The notes under the pieces were generated by a model. The model saw nothing but the letters and a program-made list of their open reading frames with translations. It did not search any database and was not told where the DNA came from. A DNA stretch of 62,063 nt, counting the filler, from Rhabdomonas costata (lineage: Eukaryota), in assembly GCA_019059605.1 (NCBI GenBank). It is 22 parts of 22 records of this genome, joined end to end, with 100 filler letters (N's around TTAATTAATTAA, not from the genome) between each part and the next. Parts side by side here need not be neighbours in the genome. Positions count along the whole stretch, not along the records: positions 11,300 to 14,025 come from JAHMHO010002239.1; positions 14,126 to 16,851 come from JAHMHO010002240.1; positions 16,952 to 19,678 come from JAHMHO010002241.1; positions 19,779 to 22,503 come from JAHMHO010002242.1; positions 22,604 to 25,329 come from JAHMHO010002243.1; positions 25,430 to 28,153 come from JAHMHO010002244.1; 16 more parts are not named here. One strand, written 5' to 3'. The stretch's first letter is position 1. Each line of letters starts with the position of its first letter. This document shows, piece after piece, positions 13,054-25,594 of this stretch. A program made the translations under genes and the position numbers.

Positions 13054-14743
13054 CTGCGATGCGAAAATACTTTTTACGCACACAAAAGATAAGGTTGACC
13101 AACCTTTACGAATGACTCGAGAAACACGCATTAAAAAGAGTTTGGCTGTGTTAAGATAGAACTGAACCCGTTAAAGCGGTGGACACACTTTTTGACTGTA
13201 TTCAAGAAGTGCTGACTCAGGGCTGCAGCACATCTTCTGGACCAAACATACTTCAATGAACCCAACCCGAACACTCTACCACCCCTTTACCCTCTCTCCC
13301 TCTCTAACAACCTACCACACCACCGCGACTAGGCGCAGATCGGAAAGCCTCGCAATGGTTTGCGACACTCAAGGTCGCAGAGGTTGAGGTAGACAATGCC
13401 TCCACTCCCTTAAACGTTTTATGGCAGGGAAGCCAGCTCTCGCAGAACTGTGGCTCTGTTTTGTAGTTTCGGACGGGAGCCGTTGTTCATGAGGCCAGCT
13501 TTGCCTCAGAGGATGTGAGGAGGGCGATGAGGGCGATGACGGGCTGCGCCCCGTTTCGACGCCACCTGTCGATTTTCGCACGACCACTCGATGGAGTGAA
13601 AACGTTTTCTAAAATTTTAAAAATTTAAATTCTAAATTTTTAAAATTTTTCTATAAAAAATCTGCACAGTTCCTCGTTAGCTGCTCCCACACCCCCTGAT
13701 ACTCTGCATTTTCCTCCTCTCGCGTGTAATTTATTGCATTGTTTTTCGCCGGAACAATTGGCACCCCGTTTGTATGGGCATGCCTTTACCCTTTTGAAGG
13801 AATTGCTCCCGTCCCCCCATATGCACAGAACATATAGATTTTTGGGTCCGCAGCGTTCCCACCCCAAGACATGTTGAAAAACAATGTTGAAAAAAAAACA
13901 CGGGACAGGTACGTCACCACGTACCCAAAGAAATCCTAAAAAGTTTGAGGGCAAAGCCGTATGTACAGCGCGCCTCCCAAAACGCTGCGTGGCCGGTTCT
14001 TGCACAATCAGGCCGGTCCTGAAAANNNNNNNNNNNNNNNNNNNNNNNNNNNNNNNNNNNNNNNNNNNNTTAATTAATTAANNNNNNNNNNNNNNNNNNN
14101 NNNNNNNNNNNNNNNNNNNNNNNNNGGGTTTTGGGATTAGGCCGCTCTGAAGCGAGTCTCGTCAGACGGAAGAGTAATAAATAAGCCCGCCACAAAGGGC
14201 AATATGGAAGACTGGCTTTTGGAAGATTTCTATGGTCGTAAAATTTTGCACGTAAAGTTGATGAGGTAGAAATCACCTTTGTCTCCTATCAGCAGGCTTA
14301 AGTCTCCTAGACAGGGGTGACCGTGGGGGTGCATAAGGTCAAGAAAGTTTTTTTTGTCAGGTTTTTGGCCTCTCCGCTGAATTTTGTTTCCCCTTGGTTT
14401 TATTAGCCTTGTTTTATTTTGCTGACATTGGAAAATCGTCAAGACGTAAAAAAAAAAGCCGTAAAATTTGCTGAAAAAAATCGCAAAAAAGTTTCAACCA
14501 AAAACGTATAAAATTGGCTAACCCTGCAAGGCCCCGGAACCTGGGAATGCCCGCTGCGATAGTTGCTGCAATACGATGCGTTGACATTTGCTTGTTTTGA
14601 GATTTTGAGTGCTATCTCTCTTCCCTATAGGGCTGAGTGGATCTCGTTCGATCCACTCTTCCGCCCTATCATTATCGCGGTTGCTTTTGCTATTTGATGT
14701 GTGTTGTTTTTTATCGGGTTGAATTTTTTCTCGTTGCCCTCTA

Positions 14744-16006
14744 ATGGAGAATGGGTGGAACCAGCTCAATGCTTCTATTTCTGCGAGCTTAACCGGCGGG
14801 GAGTATGCCGGAGTGACGTCACCTCCCCCCCTTACCCCAACTCCCCTCGCGTATCCATGGGATGGAACTCCGCGCACGGGCTCGCCCACTTCAGCGCCTG
14901 TGGGCTTGTTCAGCCCAACCGCCGCCCCAGCCCTTCTCCCAGAGCAGTTCGCTGCCCTGCAGTCACCCAGCGGAATGGCACTGGAGAGTTCCTTCCAGTC
15001 CTGGCCAGGGTCCCACACCCCGGCGGCGGGCGCATTCCCCGATCCCCAGGGGAATGCCCCACTGCTTTCGTCGCCGAATTTTTCGGGTCCAGACGTTACT
15101 TCCAAGGTATAAAAATAGCGCGTTGCATTTCGAGCACAAAAGTTGTTCGTACCAATTTCAGGGCACATCGAGCTGCTACCCAAAAAGCTAAGGGAGGAGT
15201 TGCTGAGCTGCTACCGCCAAAAGGTGGAGATTTACGATTCAATTTGGTCCAGCGTCCTGTCGTAGCACGTTTGTTGTTTGCCGCATCTCTGGTGCGAAGA
15301 AAGAAGCGGTCGCAAGCGAGTTGGAGGTTTAAGAGAAAGTTCTTCAGTCCCTCTCTTCAGTCGCCAATTAGGTCTGAGGACGGTCTCGCAAACTTTTGCT
15401 CGTCCAAAGACCAGTGACGCTTTGGCCCCTCGCCTGAAAGAGATGGAAGCATTTGCAGTTCCAAAAAAAAGATGAAACGAATTAATATATTGGCACTGAC
15501 GCTTTTATTGGAGTGATAAGGATTAGATTTCTCCTGTCTTAGGCATCCGACCCGCAAGAGCTGGTGCGTCAATTTGAGGCTCAGCGGGGGAGCTTTTTGC
15601 GGGGGCCTGCCCCGGCTCCCTTTGGGCTATCCGAGTCCCTGGGGAACTACTTCATCCCCGAGCAGTTGGTGAGTGCTTTTGTCTTATGGCTTTTGTCTTG
15701 CACTGTGGCGCAGCAGTGTTTTGTGGTATGGCCGCTTCTTGTTTTTGAAGAAGCTACGACTTCACATGACATGGGTTGCTGGCATCGTCACTTTGGACTC
15801 CACAGTATCTTGCGCTGTCCTCTTGTGGTGGTTCGACCGGGCTGAGGCTGCGGGATCGATGGGGGAAGTGTAGTGGAAGGTTTTTCACGAGACGTGCGCC
15901 TCCTCAGATCGTTGAGAAGAACCGTGCGGCTTCGGAGAGCTTCGACCTCAACACCCACAGCGCTAGCGCGGCCCTGAGCCGCGGGCTGGAGGAGCTTCTT
16001 CGGCAG
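14744..16006 (+). CDS. Hypothetical protein with a Pro/Ser-rich N-terminus (exons 14744-15106, 15543-15668, 15908-16006; 3' incomplete)
   Basis: Three GC-rich exons joined in phase 0 by GT-AG introns with pyrimidine-rich acceptors. Confidence 0.6.
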
Positions 16007-18851
16007 GTTGTGCGCCCTATTTCCGCAGTTTTTAACAACTTTGTTGAAGTGCTTTGCCTTTTCTGAATGCCTTGTGAGGAAAAATATTAATACCAGGCGG
16101 CCCTATTCTTGCCTAGCGGGTCTCAGGAGATGATCAGTCTTTTTTGCATCCGCCGTTAATGCTCATCTCTTCGCTTCCTCAAGCGGAATGCTGCACTTGA
16201 AGGCTCACAAAGTCCTGGTGTGCGTGACAATGTGTGACAACGGTTCGCATATTTTGCTTGTGTTAAGAAGAAATATTGAGTACCTGTCATGCTTTTTGAG
16301 ATATAACAACCTAGAACGAGTAACATCCCAAATGTGCGAGATAAGCTCACAGCAAATTCCCATAGGGAGCGCTTAACTATGGCTTTCAACCGGTTTCTTT
16401 TTTTTTGGCGTTGGATGTTCACTATCCGCTGAACTCGGAAAGGTTCAGTTAAGACAGGCGGTCAAGACATACCAGCACCTTTGAAATGACTCTTTTTAAG
16501 GGGGTGAGATAAACTTGGACAGTGCTCCCTAAATATGGGTTTCTATTTGCAGCTCAAAACTACTGCTGGCCAAGACCTGGTCAAAGGCTGGGACATAGGC
16601 GGACGAGTAGGACAGCATTAGTTCAGGGGCGAAGACCGACGAGTCCGCGGCAGCTGCGCTTCTGGGATGGGAGCGTGACTTGTTGGGCCTTTAGCGAAAT
16701 ATGCTCCCAAAGAAAAATTGTCACCACTGGTGACAGTAACCACTCCCCCCTCCCACCTAAAAAAAGTCCAGAGCATCCTGCATTGCATTCATTTCGTTCA
16801 GTGTCCTGTAATTTATCCGCTTGTTCATTGCACGACGATCCTCCCCACAAANNNNNNNNNNNNNNNNNNNNNNNNNNNNNNNNNNNNNNNNNNNNTTAAT
16901 TAATTAANNNNNNNNNNNNNNNNNNNNNNNNNNNNNNNNNNNNNNNNNNNNAGGGAAAGAAGACATTTTAGGGCTGAGAAGTGGCAGAGAAAACATTGCA
17001 CGGTGCAGGTTGGAAAAGGTTATAAAAAGAAACGTATATACTACGGCCCTTGTCTTGCGAAATGTGAAAAGGTCAGAACATAGTAAACGCCACACCCTGG
17101 TTGAAAAAAACGTTTGTGGGTCGTCGATGCAAGCAAAGCAGTGTACAGGGCTGCAAATGCACGAACAGTACCTGCCCCCATTTTAGACAATTTCAACGAT
17201 TTTTTTTAGCCTTTAACAATTCTTTCGTTTGAATTTTGTGTTTGAATTTCGGGCGAGCTTGCACTACAAAACTGGAAGACAAAAACAATTCCAACATCAC
17301 AATCTGACATGCTATTTTTTTGTGCTTCCCTAACGGAGGCCATGACTTCCGCTCTGACAGGCTCACACACCCTTATTTCGAAGAGCTTCCGGTAAAAATC
17401 CACACATCCAAAATCAGAGATTTCAGGCGGGCCCAATAGACGAGAAAAACAATGTCTGGTGGAAAAAAGTAAAGTCTGAATACAAATTCAAGAATGTATC
17501 AGTCAAAAACCAATGAATTGGGTTCTTTAGTCAGTAAGACGAAAACAGCTGAAGCCCGAGGTGTGCACAGCTGTGCTCTTTAGCTAGCCACAAAAATCTA
17601 CGAGAAACGTCAGGTAAGGTAGCAAGCCCATGAACGGATATAACCAAAAAACGAACCTTTACTTGCTGGGACTGGTGTGGACACCGCTGTATGAAACTGA
17701 CCAAAGACCTGCCAAAGGGCCAGCATTTCGGAGCTCAACTACTGCTTTTTACTCCGTCAAAGAAAATAGCCGAGCGTCGAGATAACATCCAAGTCAGGTT
17801 TTTTATGAGCAGAAACGAGCTGCTCGAATACTCATAACAAGAAAATTCCGGGTTGCAAAATCACGAAGAACATAGTAGAGCTGTCCCAAGAAGCAAGTAC
17901 AGAAGCACTTCCAAGTAGTCGCACAGGGATCGGCAGGTTCTCGGTCACATGCCCAAACGCAACTGGAGAAGAAAGTTGCTACTAGCGACGGCTTCACCTG
18001 AAGAAAGCAGCGATGCAAGACGAGTCAGAGCTTGCTGAAAAAATTGGAGGGAGATGCGCCCATCAACTGGAGATGGCAAGGAAATCTCTCCACTCCGAGG
18101 TGATGGTTAAACGCTCCCCTCCATCACACGATAACTCGCAGCTGCCAACTTGAATATACTCAGAACAATGAACGAACCAAGCGTCCCATTTAAAAATGAG
18201 GAAATGTATTCGTCCGCCAGTGCGCAGGGGTCGGCTCCTGTGTTGGGCCCGAAACACATTCCCCTCCTCCCGGAACTATCGGATCCACCTTCTCAGTGCC
18301 TCCCTCCCGGGAGCCGCCCCCGGACCCATCCCTCCGCAACTCATGAAGTGCTGCGCTCGGCGAACCCTCCTGAGCGGACCGAGCCCTCCCTTGGACATTC
18401 GACCGCATTGGAAAAAACTACAACAATCGAAAATAAAGCAGAAAGCAATGGCCCATGATGCAAAATGGGCATTGTACCCTGGCGTACCCCCTACCCCCAA
18501 AATTCTCACATGGTGGAGCACCCAAGTGCAGTATACCCAGCTTCGTCAACAGCTCTTTGAACTTCTGGTTCCAAAACTAAATAGCCAAATTTTCAATGGG
18601 ACACCTGCGATCCGACGGCAATTGGCCGGTCACTCCATGGGAGTGCGTGGATGCATGCGAGAGAGAGTGCATGTGTGTCTGCGTGTCTGAGAAATTTGTG
18701 AATAAGGATGGAGTATTCTGAAGGATACAAGCAAACAATACCAAGGGAGACATCATGAATGCAAAGCTCAGCCACCTAAGGCGTATTTGCTAAAAAAAGC
18801 ATGAAAACGTGCCAGTCCATCTTCCGATATGAGATGAACTTGCAGTTGCAG

Positions 18852-19678
18852 TCAGGATTCTCCTAGCAACATGAAAAACAGCCGCGGAAGTGCAAAGAGA
18901 AGAGTAATCATGCACAAACCGAAGCTCGCTTGGTCCTCAGCAATGCCCCACGCCCCGTCTATGCTGCAACACCCTGGGTCCGGCATGTTGACAAAAACAT
19001 CTGGGTCACAACCTCGCTGCGGGATCGTGGTATAAGGGCCGTCCATAAGGTGGTACCTCACAGCTTTCTTTCGGGGCAAGCCCCCCACTTCCGCCTGCTG
19101 AAACCTTTGTAAGTCAAGGGTATGCATCGCACAGTGCTTGAGCTGGGGAGGAAGCCGCCTGTAAAAAGCTGCCGTGGACTCAGGGAAGATCATTCCGAGG
19201 CAGTCCGAGCGGGGGTAGCTGCGATGCTTAGGGTTCGTAATCACGACCTGCCGAAAGCACAAGTAGTGATTGCGGTATACCAGGTCGGTCTCATAGACCT
19301 GCAGCAGCTGGGACGTCCACCCGCACTGCGGGTCCCATTCCAGGTTCCATGGGTGCAGCACCTCCGCAGCCTCCCGGTGGTACCCAATCACTAGAAAGTC
19401 CAGATGCATGCTAGAGCGCACCACGTTGCGATACTGTGCTGATCCAGGCTTAATCTTAGCGTAATGCTCCACCCAGGGGCCTCCCACTGCGGGCTGCCAT
19501 GCTTGAAGCAAGTTCTCATAAAGTCGAAGCGACCCAAGTGTCACCACCATGTCGTCGTCCGTGAACACGAAGTAGTTGTACAGCCACCCCTGGTGGATCT
19601 CCAGGAGACGGGCAAAAAGGTACCCCGCGATCCGCCCCTCACTCATCATCGATTTCGGGAAGTACATCATCCGCTCCC
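18852..19678 (-). CDS. GT-A fold / DxD-motif glycosyltransferase-like protein (partial)
   Basis: 272-aa ORF with YNYFVFTDDD, followed by QPAVGGP, LDFLVIGYHREA, WTSQ and NPKHRSYPR, typical of an uncharacterised protist/invertebrate GT-A-like family. Confidence 0.55.
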
Positions 19679-19867
19679 NNNNNNNNNNNNNNNNNNNNNN
19701 NNNNNNNNNNNNNNNNNNNNNNTTAATTAATTAANNNNNNNNNNNNNNNNNNNNNNNNNNNNNNNNNNNNNNNNNNNNTTTCCGGGCATTTGTATTGTTT
19801 CATGATCACCGTGGAACATTAACCCTGCACAACACAACTACACAGGGGCAGCGTCGGGCAGCATACC

Positions 19868-20766
19868 TCACTTCTGGAATGTAAAGGCGTTGTCCTTCGA
19901 AGGCTCGGCCGCCGCAGCTTCGGTAGTGGTGTTGGTATCGGTGCATCCTGCAATTATATAGGGGACTCAAGCAGCATCGCGAAACGGATAACAAAAAGCA
20001 GATCAAGTAAATCATCACAAGCACAAAGAAGGCCCTCTCACAACTAATCCAGTTCTTGTCTCACATGTACAACATGCGCTCAAAACAAGGAATTGCCATA
20101 CAGCAGCATTTACGCCACACCACACTCAAATACACATACTCCTTCACCTTCTCGCCAAAAGCACCAGTTCTTGGTGAAGGGAGGGTCGGGCAGCGTGAAT
20201 AACATACTTCCGCAGTATTGGTGGCTGAGCGCATGCGAGCCAGTACAATCTCTGAAGCTTAGCAGGCATTGCTGGGTGTTGGTGTCGAACGTGAACGCCT
20301 TGCACCATGAAGAAGCAACGCTGCACGCGCTCATGCATTCGTTGGCCGATCTTGCGTCCGCCCATCGGCCGGAAAACCAGCAGTTGCACGTGGAAAGGTA
20401 CTTGCACTCTCTGCCGCCGAGCGGCGCTTTGAGATTGCAGCGGCATGCAACATAAAGAGGGCGGGGGAGAAACGGGACGGACGGGTTCCTCGAGCCCCAT
20501 CGAGAAACATATACAAGAACAACACAGAGTTTTGAAATGAAATCAGCACAGGCGGTACAAAAAACGACGAACACCAATACTTATTGACATCTAATGACTG
20601 CAAAAGTGTTCAGCATCTACTGGACATAAGTGATTGAGCAATCGTCCACCCCGTTCCCCAGAGTATGTCTCCACATGCAGCACAACACACCTCGGGCGCC
20701 GATACACGTCCCCACCATCGAGACCAGCAGAAGCACCACCAGAACAGGGCCGCGGACGGAAGCCAT
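19868..20766 (-). CDS. Small secreted Cys-rich PAN/Apple-like protein, paralog 2 (exons ~20766-20690, 20426-20208, 19947-19868)
   Basis: Signal peptide MASVRGPVLVVLLLVSMVG; core ECMSACSVASSWCKAFTFDTNTQQCLLS (CxxxC...CxxFxF...CxL, PAN-like); phase-1 intron after YCG; TGA stop at 19868-19870. Confidence 0.7.
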
Positions 20767-21976
20767 TCTTCAGCGGATAGAAGTGGGCTGTGAAGGAACG
20801 GAGCAGCCTCCTCTCATCAGTGCTGTTGGTAATGGTGGTGGAAGCCAGCGTGAAACCACCCCTAGAGATTTCGGCCCCTCAAAGAAACACACTATGACCA
20901 TGCCCGTGCCTCCAGAAATGCAACTGACTCATCATCTCTGCGAGGGGGGATAAGGAGGGTTTCCTGAATGTGGTCGCCGCCGAGCGAGGATTTATCTCAC
21001 CCTGCAATGGTAGGATTTGTTGTGCGGCTCACCTAAGTCAGGTTTGGTGACAGCAACTTCGGGAAATTCTACACACACGGAGGGTCCCAGTCACGGGGCT
21101 TCTATTCATTCCATATGTACACAGGGACATGTATATTGATTTCGGGGAAAACAAAAGAGAAATCTCCCCTTTTATCCTACCATCTTTCAGCACTTCACAA
21201 AAGGCTCCCAAGAGATCACACATCAAACAGACCACAGCGTGTGCAAGGTTATCATGGGGATAAAAAACACAAGGTTTAAAGAAGGAAAACCTGGTGTGGT
21301 GCACATGTGAATCAGAATATATGAAGAAATGGAGGGGTGCTTCTCCCCGGTTGCAACAACTGCAACAACGTGCAACCAGAAACCCGAAAAGAGAAGTGCC
21401 CAGGGCATTGCTTTGCATTGCCAAAAGACCATCGCATTTTCGGGATCCTCATGAACTCTCTCCCGTGCAAAGAAGATCCCTGAGAGCGTGAATAACCACA
21501 GAGTGGAACATCCTCCAATATTGTGGTTTTGTTGGGTCACAATCTGTTCATTTCTGCTGAACGCCGAGCACAGCATCACGGAAAAGCTTAAAGATTGGTG
21601 CCGACGACAAATCATCAGGTTTGACCCAGTGTTCAGCAGCACAAAGAAAAAATAATGCACATAAGGCCAGCGTCGTCTCAACAATTAGAGGCAGATGCAC
21701 AACGAACAGGCCAAAAAGAAGCGAAACCTCCGAAAGAGGATTCAGAGTGCGCTTTTTCGGTTGTGACTAAAGTGACGCAGTCAATTTAAATATGTCGGAA
21801 AGACTTCACAGAAGATCGGGCCAATCACCTGAATCACCTGAGATCGGGATTTAGGAGAACCAAAAATTAGCCTCTTTCGGTCAATCCAGGTTTATTTTTT
21901 TGAAGTCGATGATAGATACTGGGTCAGTTCAAGGAAAGGCACAAACGCGAAAAACCGAATGCACGACTTCGTCACC

Positions 21977-22503
21977 TCAGCCTCCGAGGTTAAAGGTGGT
22001 GTTCGACGAAGGGTCAGCGACAGAAGCTTCGGTATCAGGATAATAATAGCATCCTGAGTAATTTCGGGCAGACGAAACCAGTGGCCACTCAAACAAAACC
22101 TTTCAAGAGCGAAGCGCTGGACACTCAATTTTCCACTACTATCTGCTTCAGTGCCAACGGTGAGTTTCGTGTCTTCTACATCTTCTCACACTACTTTTCC
22201 GCGCACCACGCACGCCAAGCATAAAACGAGCAAAAGTTCCAAAAGGAAAACAAAATACAATCTCAGGTTGCGTTCACATAAGTTGTATCACGATTACGAG
22301 ATTCACGAACCTCCGCAGTAGGTGTCGTCTCCCACAACCGTTGCATTACACCGCTCGTCGCTGATGTGGCATTCCCCCCGGAAAAACATGAAGCTCTGGC
22401 AATCAGGATGGGCGTTACAGCAGTTCTGGCAACCTTCCATCGTGGATGCCTGGGTCAACTTGCCGACCACGGCGCACTTGCAGTGGGAATGGCGATAACA
22501 AAT
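21977..22503 (-). CDS. Small Cys-rich PAN/Apple-like protein, paralog 1 (exons 22503-22311, 22053-21977; 5' truncated)
   Basis: ICYRHSHCKCAVVGKLTQASTMEGCQNCCNAHPDCQSFMFFRGECHISDERCNATVVGDDTYCG^GCYYYPDTEASVADPSSNTTFNLGG*. It is absent from the ORF track because it lacks a start codon. Confidence 0.7.
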
Positions 22504-22666
22504 NNNNNNNNNNNNNNNNNNNNNNNNNNNNNNNNNNNNNNNNNNNNTTAATTAATTAANNNNNNNNNNNNNNNNNNNNNNNNNNNNNNNNNNNNNNNNN
22601 NNNTTTGTTGGTGAGCAACATTCACCTAAAACTGCTTTCTATTCTACTAAAACTTTCTTTCCGCAC

Positions 22667-22921
22667 ACCATGCTTCCCAGCAAGGTAGCACAAGATCGCT
22701 GCAGACTCACTGAGAATGAAGCCCTCGTCGTCGATGGTGGGCACCGTCCCCCAGGGGTTAATCGCAAGGAAGCCTGGGGACTGTGTGTTCCACTCCCCGG
22801 AAGTCACCCACGCGGGAAGAGTCCACCTCAGCTCGTGCTTCAGGCCATGCATGAGGCACGCCCATATTACAGCTCGGGTGGGCTGACTGACCGGGCCCCC
22901 GTACACAACCAAGGGCGGCAT
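22667..22921 (-). CDS. Glutathione S-transferase, theta-like N-terminal domain (first exon)
   Basis: [48 protein letters not shown], then a GT donor. Confidence 0.9.
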
Positions 22922-23740
22922 CCGCAGTTAAAGCAATAGCCAAGAATGCTAACAACCTGCGAACTTAAAAAAGAGAGCAGGGCGAAAATGGTGGTGCAGC
23001 AGCGAGAACGAAACGGCACAATGGCACGAATCCAGATTGTTGCTCCATATTCCATAACGCCTCCTTCATATTGAGTGCGAAAAAGCGCTCCCCCCAAAAC
23101 GCTTCCAACACACGCATTGTATCGCATTCGCATAGGTCTCACAGTGGCTGTGGAGCAATAACAATTCCAAAACCATCCATCTTGTATCAGCAGGCCGAAT
23201 CAAACCACCGGGGGCGGAACTCAAGTGCTTGTGTAACCCCCATGAGCCCCGGTGATCGCACTTCAAGCTTCAGTCAGCGATGCTAAAAATCCAAGGGTAA
23301 CCAAAGTTCGACCTAATTTTTGACTCAGTCCTTTGTCCCCTCCCCGCTCCCTCCCACGGAACGTCTTTTGACTCAAAGTCGTGCCTTGACGTGTCTACAT
23401 CGGCCACAACAAAAGTTGGGCGACAACAGCGGAAAAGAAAACAGGGCACGGGGAAAGGCCACACAGCAACTACATCGACAGCTTGCCGCACAGAAACAGC
23501 ACTTTGTACACGCACAGCTGAGGGGGAGGCACAGATCTAGATATCTGGTGGTGAGAAGGCTCTCCGGACAGCAGAGAAACCCACCACCCAGAAACGGGCG
23601 TCCAATCGCATAAACAAACTCCAGGGCACCCAATTCCATTAATTGCCTTATAGGAAACAGCTTCACAGCAAACCCTCTCCTCTACAACGAAAAGGTGAAC
23701 CAAAAACAAAAGCAAGCACACAAGAAGCAAGTGGAGGAGC

Positions 23741-25134
23741 TCATGTGCCTTGGGCGTCCCGAGACTCCAGTGCCGACGTGGTGAAGTCGATGTCGATGGC
23801 CTGGCAGTGACTGATGGCGTACAGCAAACGCTCCGCGAGGACTTGCTTGCTGCTGTACGGTGGCAGCTCCAGAGAGAAGAAGCACGTGTGGGACAGCGGG
23901 AGATACTTGTCGGGGTCGGGTTTGTCCAGCCGCTGCAATTGTTTTTTGGATGGGGGTGGGGGGTACTAGTGCAGCGCTAATGCAGAGATAAAACTGAGTA
24001 CACGTCTCCACAAAACTTCCAGCACACCCAATCACAAACCCTCTGCTGCGCTTGGGAAAGAAGCAGCACAAGATAAAAAAGGAAGAGCCGCCAAGGGGAA
24101 CGGGTGGGTACCGGCCTGAGGGTGCAACGAACACATTTAAATGTGATGCTCCCCTCCCCTCATCACTCCTCACCTTGACTGGGGGCATGGGGGTTATGAC
24201 GTGCTGTGACCCCAAACCAATGAATGATTCTGATTCATCCAGCTGATATACGCTCAGCTCTATGGGCCGCTCAAGTAACGCCAAGACAGGCAGAATTGAT
24301 GATGATGATGATGAGAAACAGGCCTGGATCTTCAGAGGGGTTGCCAGCACGTCCTCAGCAACGGTGAGCCGCGCGCGGCCCGAGACGAACTTCAGGAACA
24401 GCGACCGCTGGGAGGTGTCAAAGCCCTGCAGAACCTCCCAGAAGTCCCGGATCTCCCGGGAGTTCACCGTGTAGTTCTCGTACACGGTGTGCCGCCGTAG
24501 CACCTCCACGTCCACATCAGGGTGCCCACACACCATCAACTCCTGCGCGCACAGACGCGGCACAAGCAATAGGAAAAAAAGGGTCAAGAGGGTCGACCGC
24601 CGCACCAATAGATTTTAGTTGACTGCCTTGCAAACGCGTGTTCTGGAAGAGACCGCAGCCCAATTTAAGGTACCGGCTTTTTGGTGGCAGATGACTTAAA
24701 CCTCTGCCATTGTTCGAAACCATCATAAAGCCATACACCATAATGAGCCATATAATATAATCTACGAACTGTCCAACCAACATTCATTAGTTGACTTACC
24801 CCCTTTTACTGCGTTACCTCTCATCACATGATCAGATGAGGAGTTTTCCAACTGTGATGAAAAGTAACCCAAACAGAAAGTGGCCATCAAATTCACCAAT
24901 CTGAGCGAGCTGCATAGTCGTTGGAACACCGATTGCTTTAATTTCTAGGAAAGAAGGCAATGGAAGTTTGAAAAAAAGAAAGGGAAACGAGCAGCAGCAG
25001 CAGCCCTGTGCATTCATTAACATGTGAGAGAACCGCACGAAGGCAGGAGAGAGGCGAACCAGCTCCTTCCAGGTGAACAGCGCGAGGTATTGCAAGGGGA
25101 CGACACTGGACAGGCCCGTCCGAAGGGCCTGCAG
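23741..25134 (-). CDS. HECT-type E3 ubiquitin ligase, C-terminal exons (25134-25060, 24542-24324, 23932-23741)
   Basis: LFTWKEL|ELMVCGHPDVDV...FWEVLQGF...LFLKFVSGRARL...LKIQ|RLDKPDPDKYLPLSHTCFFSLELPPYSSKQVLAERLLYAI. The catalytic HTCF is present. The last intron is GC-AG. Confidence 0.95.
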
Positions 25135-25594
25135 CTGCAGCAGACACTCTGACATCTTGAAACCCAGCGCCAGCGTAGAAAACAGCTCCCTGCGGCGTTT
25201 CACAACATTTGACACGAAGGGGAAAAGCGCGGAGCGGATCAAAGAAATGCCCCCCATAACCCGTTAAAATGAAGTTCCCTGCTTAATGGTTACTCTTGAA
25301 CGAGCTCCATCGTCTCCACCCCCCACACCNNNNNNNNNNNNNNNNNNNNNNNNNNNNNNNNNNNNNNNNNNNNTTAATTAATTAANNNNNNNNNNNNNNN
25401 NNNNNNNNNNNNNNNNNNNNNNNNNNNNNGTTTTTTTGGCGTGTTTTTATGCTGCTGGGGCTTGTATAGCATATGCTGTCTCTTGGTGAAACTTTGCTTC
25501 GGGGCCAAATCAGACTTGCAACCAGAATACCACACAGCAATCAACCAAAACAGAGAACACAGAAGAAATTGAGGAACGAGAAAGGGTGGATTGC

